DNA of 64,000 bases from an uncultured delta proteobacterium (GCA_963827685.1 CAWHBU010000002.1:864001-928000); one strand, 5' to 3'. Positions 38,683 through 49,066 are shown, counted from the stretch's first letter. Program-made: numbers and translations. The notes: generated by a model not told the origin, from the sequence alone.

Positions 38683-39762
38683 ATGAATCACTTTGGAAAA
38701 GGTTTGTCGCAGACGGGAACGAAGTATGTTTTGGGCATGATCACAATCTTCGTAGTTCTAGCAGTTATTGCAGGGACCGGCTATGCAAAAGACACCGAAC
38801 TCATAGGAGCGGGTGCTACGTTTCCATACCCATTGTATTCAAAAATGTTTGATGTCTATCATAAAGAGTACACGGTAAAAGTGAACTATCAAGCGATCGG
38901 TTCAGGGGGAGGAATAAGGCAGCTGATCAACAAAACGGTGGACTTTGGGGGATCGGATGCAATTATGAGCGACAAAGACTTAGCGGAGGCATCAGCGCCG
39001 GTTCTTCATATCCCCACCTGCGCGGGTGCGGTGGTTCTGACTTATAATTTAACAGGAAACCCGCAATTAAAATTTACGCCGGATGTCATTGGTGACATCT
39101 TCCTCGGAAAGATAAGTAAATGGAATGATCCCCGAATCTCCGCAATCAATCCGGGAGTGAAGCTTCCTGCTGTGAACATCACGGTGGTCCATCGGTCCGA
39201 TGGCAGCGGCACAACCTTCATCTTCAGCGATTACTTGAGCAAAGTCAGTGGAGAGTGGAAGGATAAGGTCGGGACGGGTCCTTCTTTAAACTGGCCAGCG
39301 GGCTTGGGTGGAAAAGGCAATCCGGGCGTTGCAGGCCTGGTCCAACAAACACCCGGGAGCATCGGCTATGTTGAGCTCATCTACGCCCTCCAAAACAAGA
39401 TGCCCTATGGCATGGTGAAAAACAAAAAGGGTAAATTTGTGACTGCCACGATCGCTTCAACGAGCTATGCTGCGGATACCAATTTGCCAGACGATATGAA
39501 AGTGAGTCTCACGGATTCCGATGCTCCGGAGGGTTATCCGATCAGTGGTTTCACCTGGATTCTCGTTTACAAAGAGCAGAATTATGCCGAGAAGTCTGAA
39601 GAGAAGGCGAAGGAGTTGGTTAAATTACTCTGGTGGATGACCCACGAAGGACAAAAAAATGCTGAGCCTCTCCATTATGCTCCTCTTTCAAAAAAGGCTG
39701 TGGAAAAGGCTGAGAAACTGATCAAGTCCATCTCCTACAAGGCAAGCGTGGTCATGAAGTGA
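38683..39762 (+). CDS. pstS: Phosphate ABC transporter binding protein
   Basis: GAGATFPYPLY, IGSGGG, HRSDGSGTT, YPISGFTW. Confidence 0.95.
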   Translation: MNHFGKGLSQTGTKYVLGMITIFVVLAVIAGTGYAKDTELIGAGATFPYPLYSKMFDVYHKEYTVKVNYQAIGSGGGIRQLINKTVDFGGSDAIMSDKDLAEASAPVLHIPTCAGAVVLTYNLTGNPQLKFTPDVIGDIFLGKISKWNDPRISAINPGVKLPAVNITVVHRSDGSGTTFIFSDYLSKVSGEWKDKVGTGPSLNWPAGLGGKGNPGVAGLVQQTPGSIGYVELIYALQNKMPYGMVKNKKGKFVTATIASTSYAADTNLPDDMKVSLTDSDAPEGYPISGFTWILVYKEQNYAEKSEEKAKELVKLLWWMTHEGQKNAEPLHYAPLSKKAVEKAEKLIKSISYKASVVMK

Positions 39763-39773
39763 TTTGAGGGACG

Positions 39774-39803
39774 GGGTGGGAATTGATCCCCACCCTTCTT
39801 TTT
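39774..39803 (+). terminator. Intrinsic terminator/stabilising hairpin after pstS
   Basis: gggtggg...cccaccc followed by ttcttttt. Confidence 0.6.
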
Positions 39804-39881
39804 CCTGTTGCTCCCGAAATAGCCTTTCTTGCCCCTGCCTTCAGGGCTTCTCTTATGATAGAATTAAATTGGGTATAAATC

Positions 39882-40820
39882 ATGGATCATAGCAGAGCCG
39901 ATGTTTTGGTATTTAGAGCTGATGCAAAGGCGATGCGTCGGTACATGCCCGCTCTCTCGGAATCTTCCTTTCGCAAGATACTCTACGTGGCGGGCAGCTG
40001 TATTTTAGTTCTCCTCTTGGCCATTTTTCTTTCATTGGTCATTGCCTCCTTTCCCGCCATTTGGAAGTTCGGAATTCGCTTCTTTTTGAGTAGCACATGG
40101 GACCCGGTAAGGGGTGAATTTGGGGCATTTCCCTTTCTCGTCGGCACCCTTGCCACTTCCTTTTCAGCTCTTATCATTTCGGTCATCTTTTCGATTCCCA
40201 TCTCCATCTTATTGGGTGAGTATTTTACCCAGGGTGCTACGACCACGTTTATAAAAAGCATGATCGACCTGCTTGCAGGAATACCCTCGGTCATCTATGG
40301 GTTCTGTGGGCTCTTCCTTCTTGCTCCTCTGGTAAGAACCTTGGAGCTGAAACTGGGCGTGGTCCCCTACGGAGTGGGAATCTTCACTGCTTCACTGGTT
40401 CTTTCCATCATGATCATACCGTACTCGGCCTCGATCGGAAGAGAAGTGATCAGCCTCGTTCCTTCTGATCTCAAAGAGGCAGCCCTTTCCCTCGGCGCCA
40501 CCCGATTCGAGGTCATACGGAAGGTCGTTCTTCCTTATGCCTACTCCGGAATATTCGCAGGGATCCTTCTCTCCCTAGGACGGGCCCTTGGAGAGACGAT
40601 GGCCGTTACAATGGTCATTGGCAATTCAAACTTCATACCGAAGAGTATTTTTAGTCCGGGCAACACGCTGGCCAGCATCATTGCCAACGAATTCACAGAA
40701 GCGACAGGGAGCCTTTACCTGGCAAGCCTGATTGAGCTTGGACTTGTGCTCTTCATCGTTACGACCGTTATAAACATCCTGGGTAAGTTGATCATCCGCC
40801 GGATGGGTGCAGGAGTATAA
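39882..40820 (+). CDS. pstC: Phosphate ABC permease
   Basis: LAGIPSVIYG, EAALSLGAT, RALGETMAV. Confidence 0.93.
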   Translation: MDHSRADVLVFRADAKAMRRYMPALSESSFRKILYVAGSCILVLLLAIFLSLVIASFPAIWKFGIRFFLSSTWDPVRGEFGAFPFLVGTLATSFSALIISVIFSIPISILLGEYFTQGATTTFIKSMIDLLAGIPSVIYGFCGLFLLAPLVRTLELKLGVVPYGVGIFTASLVLSIMIIPYSASIGREVISLVPSDLKEAALSLGATRFEVIRKVVLPYAYSGIFAGILLSLGRALGETMAVTMVIGNSNFIPKSIFSPGNTLASIIANEFTEATGSLYLASLIELGLVLFIVTTVINILGKLIIRRMGAGV

Positions 40821-40821
40821 T

Positions 40822-41670
40822 ATGGATGGTTCTTCGATCAGAAGAAGAATTTTATGGGATAAGTTATTCAAAGTTATCATTATTCTCCTTACTTGCTGTT
40901 CTATCCTTCCCATATTTTTCATCCTGTTCTTCATCACCAGAAAGGGCATCTCTGTTGTCAACTGGAGCTTTTTCACCCAACTTCCCAAACCCGTAGGTGA
41001 ATTAGGCGGGGGAATTTCAAACGCCATCCTGGGAACGTTTATCTTGGTTGGCATCTCGACGGCCTTTTCCGTTCCCCTCGGGATCCTCACTGGAATTTTC
41101 CTTTCCGAATATAAGAAGGGAAGATTCGTATACTTTATAAAATTATCTGTCGAAACACTTCAAGGAATCCCTTCCATCGTTATAGGAATTATCGCTTATG
41201 TATGGGTAGTGGTTCCTATGGGGTCGTTCTCAGCCCTCTCAGGTGGGGTGGCTCTTGGTCTGATGATGTTACCGATCATCGTCACTTCGACGGACGAGAC
41301 CTTAAAGCTTATCCCGGAGGGCTTAAGAGAAGCATCCCTGGCATTAGGAGTTTCCTACCCGAGAACGATTCTGAAAGTGATCCTGCCAGCAGGCATAACC
41401 GGTATTCTGACAGGAATCCTTTTGAGCATAGCGAGGGTCGCCGGCGAGACAGCCCCCCTTCTTTTTACGGCGTTTGGAAGCCCGTTTATGAGCCTCAATA
41501 CCCTGAAGCCCATTAATAGTCTCCCTCTAATGATTTTCAATTATGCCACGGGTCCCTATCCCGAATGGCATACACTCGCATGGGGAGCCTCTTTTGTATT
41601 AATTGTATTTGTCCTAGGGTTAAATCTCCTCACCAAGGTTGTGACAAGAAGATGGAAAGTGCAGTTTTAA
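40822..41670 (+). CDS. pstA: Phosphate ABC permease
   Basis: GIPSIVIG, EASLALG, ARVAGETAPLLFT. Confidence 0.93.
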   Translation: MDGSSIRRRILWDKLFKVIIILLTCCSILPIFFILFFITRKGISVVNWSFFTQLPKPVGELGGGISNAILGTFILVGISTAFSVPLGILTGIFLSEYKKGRFVYFIKLSVETLQGIPSIVIGIIAYVWVVVPMGSFSALSGGVALGLMMLPIIVTSTDETLKLIPEGLREASLALGVSYPRTILKVILPAGITGILTGILLSIARVAGETAPLLFTAFGSPFMSLNTLKPINSLPLMIFNYATGPYPEWHTLAWGASFVLIVFVLGLNLLTKVVTRRWKVQF

Positions 41671-42410
41671 AGATCGAGAACTTCAGCGCCGTTTTCGGCG
41701 AAAATCAGATTTTAAAAGGGATCAACCTTTCGATATCCCGCAACAGAATTACGGCTATTATGGGGCCATCGGGGTGTGGCAAAACCACACTCATTCGTTG
41801 TATCAACCGGATGCACGAGTTAATCCCCGATGCCAAGGTCTCCGGCAAGATTTTTTTGGACAATGAAGATATCTATACTACGGATCCCATCATCGTGCGG
41901 AAGCAAATTGGGATGGTTTTCCAGAAGCCCAATCCATTTCCCACGATGAGTATTTATGACAATGTGATTGCAGGATATAACCTGAACGGAATCCGTCTGG
42001 CCAAAAATGAGAGGGACAGAGTTGTCGAAGAGTCGTTGCGGAAGGCGGCCCTTTGGGAAGAGGTCAATGGGGCACTCCACAGGAGGGGAACCTTTCTCTC
42101 CGGCGGGCAGCAGCAGCGGCTCTGTATCGCCCGTGCCCTTGCCATGGGGCCTGCGGTCCTTCTCCTCGATGAACCCACTTCCGCCTTGGATCCAAAGGCA
42201 ACTTCGCATATTGAAGAGTTGCTTGCCCAACTCAAGAATAACGTGACAATTATGCTCGTTACCCACAACATGGCTCAGGCCGCCCGCGTTTCTGACTATA
42301 CCGCCTTTCTCTACCTTGGTGAGCTCATCGAGTTTGGGTCCACTGAAACCATATTTACCGCTCCGAAGGATAAGAAGACCGAGGACTATCTTACCGGGAA
42401 ATTTGGTTAG
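41652..42410 (+). CDS. pstB: Phosphate ABC ATPase
   Basis: [39 protein letters not shown]; start reassigned to 41652. Confidence 0.95.
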   Translation: MESAVLKIENFSAVFGENQILKGINLSISRNRITAIMGPSGCGKTTLIRCINRMHELIPDAKVSGKIFLDNEDIYTTDPIIVRKQIGMVFQKPNPFPTMSIYDNVIAGYNLNGIRLAKNERDRVVEESLRKAALWEEVNGALHRRGTFLSGGQQQRLCIARALAMGPAVLLLDEPTSALDPKATSHIEELLAQLKNNVTIMLVTHNMAQAARVSDYTAFLYLGELIEFGSTETIFTAPKDKKTEDYLTGKFG

Positions 42411-42429
42411 AGAGGAGGCTTTCGTAAAG

Positions 42430-43116
42430 ATGGAGACCCATTTCCAAAAGGAGTTGGAAGAACTGAAGGAAAACCTCTTAAAGATGGCGGCTCTTGTGGA
42501 AGAAGCGATCCGCGGTGCTGTCCAATCATTGGTCAAAAGGGATTCCGAACTTGCCAAAAAGACATTTAAGAGAGAGGATCGCATTAATGCCATGGAGATT
42601 GCTATTGAGGATACGTGTTTGAAGCTCCTCGCCTTGAGGCAGCCCATGGCCGCCGACCTTCGGTTCATCACTTCTGCCATGAAGATTATCACTGATTTAG
42701 AACGAATGGGTGACCAAGCTGTCAACATCGCCGAACGAGCGATATCCTTAAATCAGGAACCTCAGCTCAAACCTTATATCGATATTCCCCGGATGGCTGA
42801 GATCGCCCAATCGATGGTGAAGGATGTCCTGGATGCTTTTGTAAACCGAGACTCCAAACTGGCTCGTTCAGTGTGTGAAAGAGATGACTTGGTCGACGGG
42901 TTAAACGATCAAGTGGTGAGAGAACTCCTTACCTATATGATGTCCGATCCAAAGACCATTACCCGAGAAGTCCACCTGATGATCGTCGCCCGATGTCTGG
43001 AGAGAATTGCAGACCATGCCACGAATATTGCTGAAGATGTGATCTTTATGGTAGATGCTTTGGTGATCAAACATCATGCCGATACCAAAGAAAATGGAAA
43101 AGGAGATAGCTTATGA
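42430..43116 (+). CDS. phoU: Phosphate signalling protein
   Basis: QPMAADLR, DLERMGD, LERIADHATNIAE; start reassigned to 42430. Confidence 0.95.
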   Translation: METHFQKELEELKENLLKMAALVEEAIRGAVQSLVKRDSELAKKTFKREDRINAMEIAIEDTCLKLLALRQPMAADLRFITSAMKIITDLERMGDQAVNIAERAISLNQEPQLKPYIDIPRMAEIAQSMVKDVLDAFVNRDSKLARSVCERDDLVDGLNDQVVRELLTYMMSDPKTITREVHLMIVARCLERIADHATNIAEDVIFMVDALVIKHHADTKENGKGDSL

Positions 43117-43544
43117 TCAAGGCCAAAGTCCTTTTCTTATGCACTGGCAATTCCGCGCGTAGTCAAATGGCTGAAGCATTTCTTAAGAAGTACGGTGGGG
43201 ACCAGTACGATGCCTACAGCGCTGGAACTGAACCGAAAGGCGTCAATCCATACACTGAGCGCGTCATGGAGGAACTCGGAATAAATCTCAGCGGTCAACA
43301 CTCCAAACATGTCAAGGAATATATGGGAAAGGTGCACTTTGGATACTTGATTACCATGTGCGACGAAGCTGAAGAAAACTGTCCCACCACATTTCCCGGA
43401 ATCACTCAAAGATTAAAGTGGTCCTTTGAAGATCCTGCGGCAATCATGGGATCCGATGACAAAAAGTTGGCGAAATTTCGAGAAGTGAGAGACAAGATAG
43501 AAGAACGAATCAAATCCTGGCTTTCCGAAAAGCAGTCCGGATAA
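43113..43544 (+). CDS. arsC: Thioredoxin-type arsenate reductase (LMW-PTP fold)
   Basis: CTGNSARSQMAE, SAGTEP, MCDEAEENCP, WSFEDP. Confidence 0.88.
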   Translation: MIKAKVLFLCTGNSARSQMAEAFLKKYGGDQYDAYSAGTEPKGVNPYTERVMEELGINLSGQHSKHVKEYMGKVHFGYLITMCDEAEENCPTTFPGITQRLKWSFEDPAAIMGSDDKKLAKFREVRDKIEERIKSWLSEKQSG

Positions 43545-43737
43545 TTTCCCATCCTCTTTTTTTCTGATTCCTTTCTCTCCGGATAATCCTCCTCTATTTC
43601 TCCGCCCTACCCTCTTCTCTTCAAAGAATAGCTGTTTATACCCACTCCTAAAATAATATTACGAATCCACTTGATCAGAAGATCATAATTTGGTAATTTC
43701 AAACAAACAGAATCATGATCTTTAAGAAAGTATCCTG

Positions 43738-44508
43738 ATGACAGAATCCAATTCGGTTGTAAAGATGGAGACACGAGGCCTTGATTTTTATTACGGGTCT
43801 AACCATGCCCTCAAGAATATCAATATCATTATCAGAGAGTGCCAGATCACTGCCTTGATCGGGCCTTCTGGATGCGGAAAATCTACTTTTCTCAGAACCC
43901 TTAACCGCCTCAATGAACTCATCCCTCAAACCCGTATTGAAGGGACGGTCACACTCGATGGTCAGGATATCTATCAGCCGGGTACGGATGTCGTCTCTCT
44001 CAGACAAAGAGTCGGTATGGTCTTTCAACGTCCAAACCCTTTTCCGAAAAGCATTTTCGAAAACGTTGCCTTTGGTCCGAGGGTGTTGGGAGTGTGCACG
44101 AAGAGGGAAAATGAAGAAAAAGTGGAGCAGAGCCTTAAGGCGGCAGCACTCTGGCCAGAAGTGTCAGACCGTCTCCATGCCAATGCTTTGGGCCTCACCT
44201 TAGGGCAACAGCAACGCCTCTGTATCGCGCGCGTGTTAGCCGTTCAACCCGAAGTCATTCTGATGGATGAACCCTGCTCTGCCTTAGATCCTCAAGCCAC
44301 GCTTAAGATCGAAGAGTTAATGCAGGAGTTAAAAAAGAACTATACCATCGTCATTGTCACCCACAACATGCAACAAGCGGCCCGCACCTCTGATTGGACA
44401 GGATTTTTTCATCTGGGGGAATTATTAGAATATGCTACAACAGAGGACATTTTTACACGTCCTGAAAACCCCCAAACTGAAAATTATGTGACAGGAAGAT
44501 ATGGGTAA
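43738..44508 (+). CDS. pstB: Phosphate ABC ATPase, degenerate signature
   Basis: [27 protein letters not shown]. Confidence 0.9.
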   Translation: MTESNSVVKMETRGLDFYYGSNHALKNINIIIRECQITALIGPSGCGKSTFLRTLNRLNELIPQTRIEGTVTLDGQDIYQPGTDVVSLRQRVGMVFQRPNPFPKSIFENVAFGPRVLGVCTKRENEEKVEQSLKAAALWPEVSDRLHANALGLTLGQQQRLCIARVLAVQPEVILMDEPCSALDPQATLKIEELMQELKKNYTIVIVTHNMQQAARTSDWTGFFHLGELLEYATTEDIFTRPENPQTENYVTGRYG

Positions 44509-44647
44509 TTAAGACTGCGAGATGCGGATTGCGGAATTAGAGATCATTGCAAGAAAACTATGACAAGCACCAGATTACAAACACCAAATTGCAAACAATT
44601 TCTACCTCATGAATTTAATCCCCCCTTCCCCCCTTTAGCAAAGGGGG

Positions 44648-45625
44648 GTGGGGGGGGGATTTGGTCATTGGAATTTGAAGGTTGGAATTTATTTGGAATT
44701 TGGCCTGCCTGCGCGTAGCTTGTTTCTTGCGCTGGAGCCTCAGCGTAGACAAACCCGCCTGCACCCTGGAACCTCTGATTCATGGGGCGCTCCAGCGAAG
44801 GCAGGGATTTGGAATTTGGGATTTCTCATATGCCTGCTCACTGTCCTTTTAGTTACTCCATTCAATGCGGGTTGCCAAAGATCCAAGGCAGGAATCACCG
44901 TGGCGGGTTCCACTTCCGTTGAGCCTTTTGCCGAATTATTAGCTGAGGAATATATGTCGCATCATCCTCAATCTCACATCTATGTTCAGGGTGGCGGATC
45001 CACGGCAGGCATAGAAGCTGTCATGACCCGTGCTGCAAACGTTGGGATGTCTTCACGCAATCTGACAGGCGACAAGAAGAAGCTCTACTCAGTAACCATT
45101 GCAAGGGATGCTATTGCAATCATCGTCAATCCAAAGAACCCTGTCCAAGATATTTCCTTGGATCAAATCACGCATATCTTTTCAGGAAAAATAAGGAATT
45201 GGAAGGAGTTGGGAGGGCCTTCTCATCCCATCGTACTGGTCACTCGGGAGGAAGGCTCGGGAACGAGGGAGGCTTTCCAGAAGTTTGTGATGGGAAAAGA
45301 GGATATCAGTCTTGAAGCCTTGGTCCAAGATTCCAATGGTGCGGTTCGCCAGGTCGTAGCAAGCAACCACAATGGCATCGGTTATATCTCGTTAGGTTTA
45401 GTCAATGACCAGGTGAGGGCGTTAAAGATTTCAGGCGTGGAACCCAATTTGACCGATATCGAGAATGGTAAATACACGCTGGTCCGGCCTTTCCTATTCG
45501 TTTTTAATGCTGAACCCACGGGGGAAGCAAAATCCTTTTTAGAATTTGTCTTGAGTCCATTGGCTCAAAAACTGCTTTTAAAAGAAGGCCTCGTACCCGT
45601 TCTCCTGAAAATTGCTAAGGAATAA
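44648..45625 (+). CDS. pstS: Second phosphate-binding lipoprotein; N-terminus invaded by repeats, start uncertain
   Basis: NAGC lipobox, AGSTSV, QGGGSTAG, REEGSGTR, YTLVRPF. Confidence 0.85.
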   Translation: MGGGFGHWNLKVGIYLEFGLPARSLFLALEPQRRQTRLHPGTSDSWGAPAKAGIWNLGFLICLLTVLLVTPFNAGCQRSKAGITVAGSTSVEPFAELLAEEYMSHHPQSHIYVQGGGSTAGIEAVMTRAANVGMSSRNLTGDKKKLYSVTIARDAIAIIVNPKNPVQDISLDQITHIFSGKIRNWKELGGPSHPIVLVTREEGSGTREAFQKFVMGKEDISLEALVQDSNGAVRQVVASNHNGIGYISLGLVNDQVRALKISGVEPNLTDIENGKYTLVRPFLFVFNAEPTGEAKSFLEFVLSPLAQKLLLKEGLVPVLLKIAKE

Positions 45626-45627
45626 TT

Positions 45628-46476
45628 ATGCAAGTCAAAGAGAAGATCATTGAAAAAACATTTCTTCTGATTGCCCTTTCATCAATTACTATACTGGCCT
45701 TGATCACTTTCTTCATTTTTGAAGAAGGACTTCCTTTGATCGTGAAGATTGGTCCCAAAGCATTCCTTCTCGGGGAGCGGTGGATTCCAAGTAAGGCTCT
45801 GTTTGGCATCTTCCCTATGATCGTCAGCTCTTTCTGGGTGACCATGGGGGCTCTGCTTTTAGGTATTCCTCTGGGATTGGCCTGTACGATTTTTTTATCG
45901 GAGTTGATTCCTCCTTCCGTAGGAATATTGCTGAGGCCTGCGATTCAGCTTCTTGCAGCCATTCCTTCGGTCATCTACGGTTTCTGGGGGCTGATCGTCC
46001 TTGTTCCCTTCATTCAAAATCATTTAGGAGGACCTGGGCTAAGCATCCTTGCAGGATCTCTGGTCTTAGGCTTCATGATCCTTCCCACCATTATCACGAT
46101 CTCAGAAGACTCTTTAAAAGCCCTTCCCCCCACTTATAAAGCAGGTGCACTTGCTTTAGGAGCAACACACTGGCAGACTATCTGGCGGGTGTTGATTCCA
46201 GCTGCCAAATCTGGAATTCTGGCGAGCATCATTTTAGGCATGGGCCGTGCCATCGGAGAGACCATGGCCATGATCATGATCCTGGGAAATGCGGTGAAAA
46301 TGCCAGCCTCATTCCTGGATTCAGCCAGGACACTTACCACCAATATCGGCATAGAAATGGGATATGCTTCCGGGGATCACCGGCAGGCCCTTTTTGCAAC
46401 GGGAATTGTTCTCTTCTTCATTATCATGGCTTTGAATACCCTGGCCATCTCTCTATCAAGAAGGAGAGTCCATTGA
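45628..46476 (+). CDS. pstC: Phosphate ABC permease (system 2)
   Basis: AAIPSVIYGFWG, GRAIGETMA. Confidence 0.92.
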   Translation: MQVKEKIIEKTFLLIALSSITILALITFFIFEEGLPLIVKIGPKAFLLGERWIPSKALFGIFPMIVSSFWVTMGALLLGIPLGLACTIFLSELIPPSVGILLRPAIQLLAAIPSVIYGFWGLIVLVPFIQNHLGGPGLSILAGSLVLGFMILPTIITISEDSLKALPPTYKAGALALGATHWQTIWRVLIPAAKSGILASIILGMGRAIGETMAMIMILGNAVKMPASFLDSARTLTTNIGIEMGYASGDHRQALFATGIVLFFIIMALNTLAISLSRRRVH

Positions 46477-47315
46477 TCAACAATCGTACTCGATATCTAA
46501 CGCAGGGCATTGCAAAAATTCTCATCTGGATGGGTGCCCTATCGACCATTGCGGTCATGATCTTGATTCTCGTCCAGATCCTAAGTGAGGGATTGCCTGT
46601 CCTTCATCTCCGTTTCTTTCTCGAATCTCCAAGAAGTATGGGCCGGGAGGGCGGTATCTTCTCCACCATCATTGGAACGATGGCTTTAACGGCTGTGGCC
46701 ATTTTTTTCGGTGCTCCTCTCGGAGTTGGGACAGCCGTCTTCCTGAGGGAGTACACAAGAGAAGGCAAGATCAGCCGCATTATTCGTTTTGGTACGGACT
46801 GCCTGGCTGGAGTACCCTCCATTATCTTTGGGTTGTTCGGGTTTGTCTTTTTTGTCATACGACTTAATATGGGATGGTCCATTCTTTCTGGTGGATTAAC
46901 TTTAGCCGCGATGATCTTACCTACGGTGATCAGCACCGCCGAAGAATCGATCAAGGCAATTCCCCTTTCCTACCGCGAAGTGAGTTATTCTCTGGGTGGA
47001 ACGAAGTGGCAGACGATCACCCGGGTGGTACTTCCCAACGCATTGCCGGGTATCTTTACAGGCATCCTACTCAGTATTGGAAGGAGTATCGGAGAGACCG
47101 CTGCAATCATTCTGACGGCTGGCTCCTCATTAGTGATGCCCACTTCTCTCTTCTCTCCCATCCGGACCATGTCCGTCCATTTTTACATCCTCGCCAGAGA
47201 GGGGATCTCCATGAAGATGGCTTACGGAACTGGAGCGGCTTTGATTTTGCTGGTTCTGATCATCAACGTCATCGCTCAATGGTTGATCAACCGGTATATC
47301 CGACATCGGACATAA
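46473..47315 (+). CDS. pstA: Phosphate ABC permease (system 2)
   Basis: AGVPSIIFGLFG, GRSIGETAA. Confidence 0.92.
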   Translation: MINNRTRYLTQGIAKILIWMGALSTIAVMILILVQILSEGLPVLHLRFFLESPRSMGREGGIFSTIIGTMALTAVAIFFGAPLGVGTAVFLREYTREGKISRIIRFGTDCLAGVPSIIFGLFGFVFFVIRLNMGWSILSGGLTLAAMILPTVISTAEESIKAIPLSYREVSYSLGGTKWQTITRVVLPNALPGIFTGILLSIGRSIGETAAIILTAGSSLVMPTSLFSPIRTMSVHFYILAREGISMKMAYGTGAALILLVLIINVIAQWLINRYIRHRT

Positions 47316-47324
47316 AGGAGTTTT

Positions 47325-48086
47325 ATGTCTCAAGGGAACAAGATCTTCATCAAGGATTTCAGTTTCTATTACGAATCCTTTCAGGCCCTTCGCAATATCA
47401 ATCTCGATATCCGACCTAAGGAGATATTTACCGTCTTCGGTCCGGCTCGAAGTGGAAAAACGACGCTCCTAAAAAGCATGAATCGTCTAACGGATCTGGT
47501 CTTTGGAGCCAGGCACACTGGAGGCATTTTTTTAGATGGAACGGATATCTATGATCCCAAGGTGGATATCACGCATCTCAGGAGACGAATTGGGATGGTT
47601 TTCGATCTCCCCACTCCGCTCCCTATATCTATTTTCGATAATGTGGCTTATGGCCCCAAACTCAACAAAATGATTTATAAGAGGCGCCTGGCTGAAATCG
47701 TGGAAAAAGCCCTGAGGTCTGCTGCGCTTTGGGAGGAGGTCAAAGACCGGCTCCATACCTCAGCCCTTCGGCTCTCCGGGGGACAACAGCAGCGCCTCTG
47801 TATCGCCCGGATCTTGGCTTTGGAACCGGAAGTTCTCCTGCTTGATGAGCCGTGTTCGGGATTGGATCCCATCTCGACAGCCAGCATTGAGGAAACTCTC
47901 ATTCAATTGAAAAAAGACTACACCATCATTCTGGTGCCTCATAACGTTCAACAAGCCTCCCGGGTGGCTGACCGGGCAGGATTTTTTTTGAATGGCGAGT
48001 TGGTTGAAGAAGGGCCGGTTTATCAAATTTTTACCAAACCCAAAGATAAGCGAACTGAAGATTACGTTACTGGACGTTTCGGTTAG
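47325..48086 (+). CDS. pstB: Phosphate ABC ATPase, atypical Walker A
   Basis: GPARSGKTT, LSGGQQQRLC, DEPCSGLD, VPHN. Confidence 0.9.
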   Translation: MSQGNKIFIKDFSFYYESFQALRNINLDIRPKEIFTVFGPARSGKTTLLKSMNRLTDLVFGARHTGGIFLDGTDIYDPKVDITHLRRRIGMVFDLPTPLPISIFDNVAYGPKLNKMIYKRRLAEIVEKALRSAALWEEVKDRLHTSALRLSGGQQQRLCIARILALEPEVLLLDEPCSGLDPISTASIEETLIQLKKDYTIILVPHNVQQASRVADRAGFFLNGELVEEGPVYQIFTKPKDKRTEDYVTGRFG

Positions 48087-48231
48087 CCAGTCTTGAACTG
48101 GCTCGATTACACAGATTCAAAAAGCAGATTACACAGATGGAAGCGAAAGATCACCTTCCAGAACGCATCATTGGCTCCTGTTTTGATCTTTCAATCCGTG
48201 AAATTAGGGTCAACCATACCAGGAGGGCAAA

Positions 48232-48912
48232 ATGGCTACAGAAACTCATTTTCAAAAAGAATTAGAGGAATTGAAAGAGAATCTCCTAAAGATGGCGGCG
48301 ATGGTAGAAGAGGCCATCCGTGATTCCGTCCAATCTCTGGTCAAAAGAGATTCTGATCTTGCCAAAAAAACGTTTGAGTTTGAAGACCGAATTAACAAAT
48401 TGGAAATCCTGATAGATGATATGTGTATAAAACTTCTCGCTTTAAGACAACCCATGGCAACAGACCTCCGCTTTATCACCTCGGCGATGAAGATAATCAC
48501 CGATCTCGAAAGAATGGGTGACCAGGCAGTCAATATTTCCGAGCGCGCCCTCTCATTAAACCAGGAACCCCAGCTCAAACCCTATATCGATATTCCCCGG
48601 ATGGCTGAGATTGCCCAAACGATGGTCAAGGACGTCTTAGATGCTTTTGTAAACCGAGACTCCACGCTGGCCCGATCCGTCTGCGTAAGGGATGATCTGG
48701 TCGATGGGTTAAATGACCAGGTAGTGCGGGAACTCCTCACCTATATGGTGTCCGATCCAAAGACCATTGCTCGAGCCGTCCACCTTATGATCGTTGCCCG
48801 ATGTCTGGAGAGAATTGCCGACCATGCCACGAATATTGCTGAAGATGTGATCTTTATGGTGGATGCTCTCGTTATCAAGCACCATGCGGATGAGAAAGGT
48901 GAAGAATCGTGA
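48232..48912 (+). CDS. phoU: Second PhoU
   Basis: Very similar to 42430 PhoU along its whole length. Confidence 0.95.
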   Translation: MATETHFQKELEELKENLLKMAAMVEEAIRDSVQSLVKRDSDLAKKTFEFEDRINKLEILIDDMCIKLLALRQPMATDLRFITSAMKIITDLERMGDQAVNISERALSLNQEPQLKPYIDIPRMAEIAQTMVKDVLDAFVNRDSTLARSVCVRDDLVDGLNDQVVRELLTYMVSDPKTIARAVHLMIVARCLERIADHATNIAEDVIFMVDALVIKHHADEKGEES

Positions 48913-48914
48913 AA

Positions 48915-49050
48915 AAGCACCAAGTTCCAATCTCCAAATCACAAATAAATCACAATCACCAAATTCGAAATTCCAAACAAAATCGTTTCGGTCATTCGGT
49001 AATTGTATATTGGAATTTATTTGAGATTTGGGATTTGTCATTTGGAGTTT
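48915..49050. repeat. Inverted heptamer-periodic repeat element
   Basis: aagcacc/aagttcc/aatctcc arm and ggaattt/gggattt/ggagttt arm. Confidence 0.7.
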
Positions 49051-49066
49051 AAGGGAGACCAAACCC

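Noticed and set aside
41820-42728. 302-aa minus-strand ORF
   Set aside because: Antisense shadow of pstB/phoU; similar shadows occur opposite phoU2 and other conserved genes.
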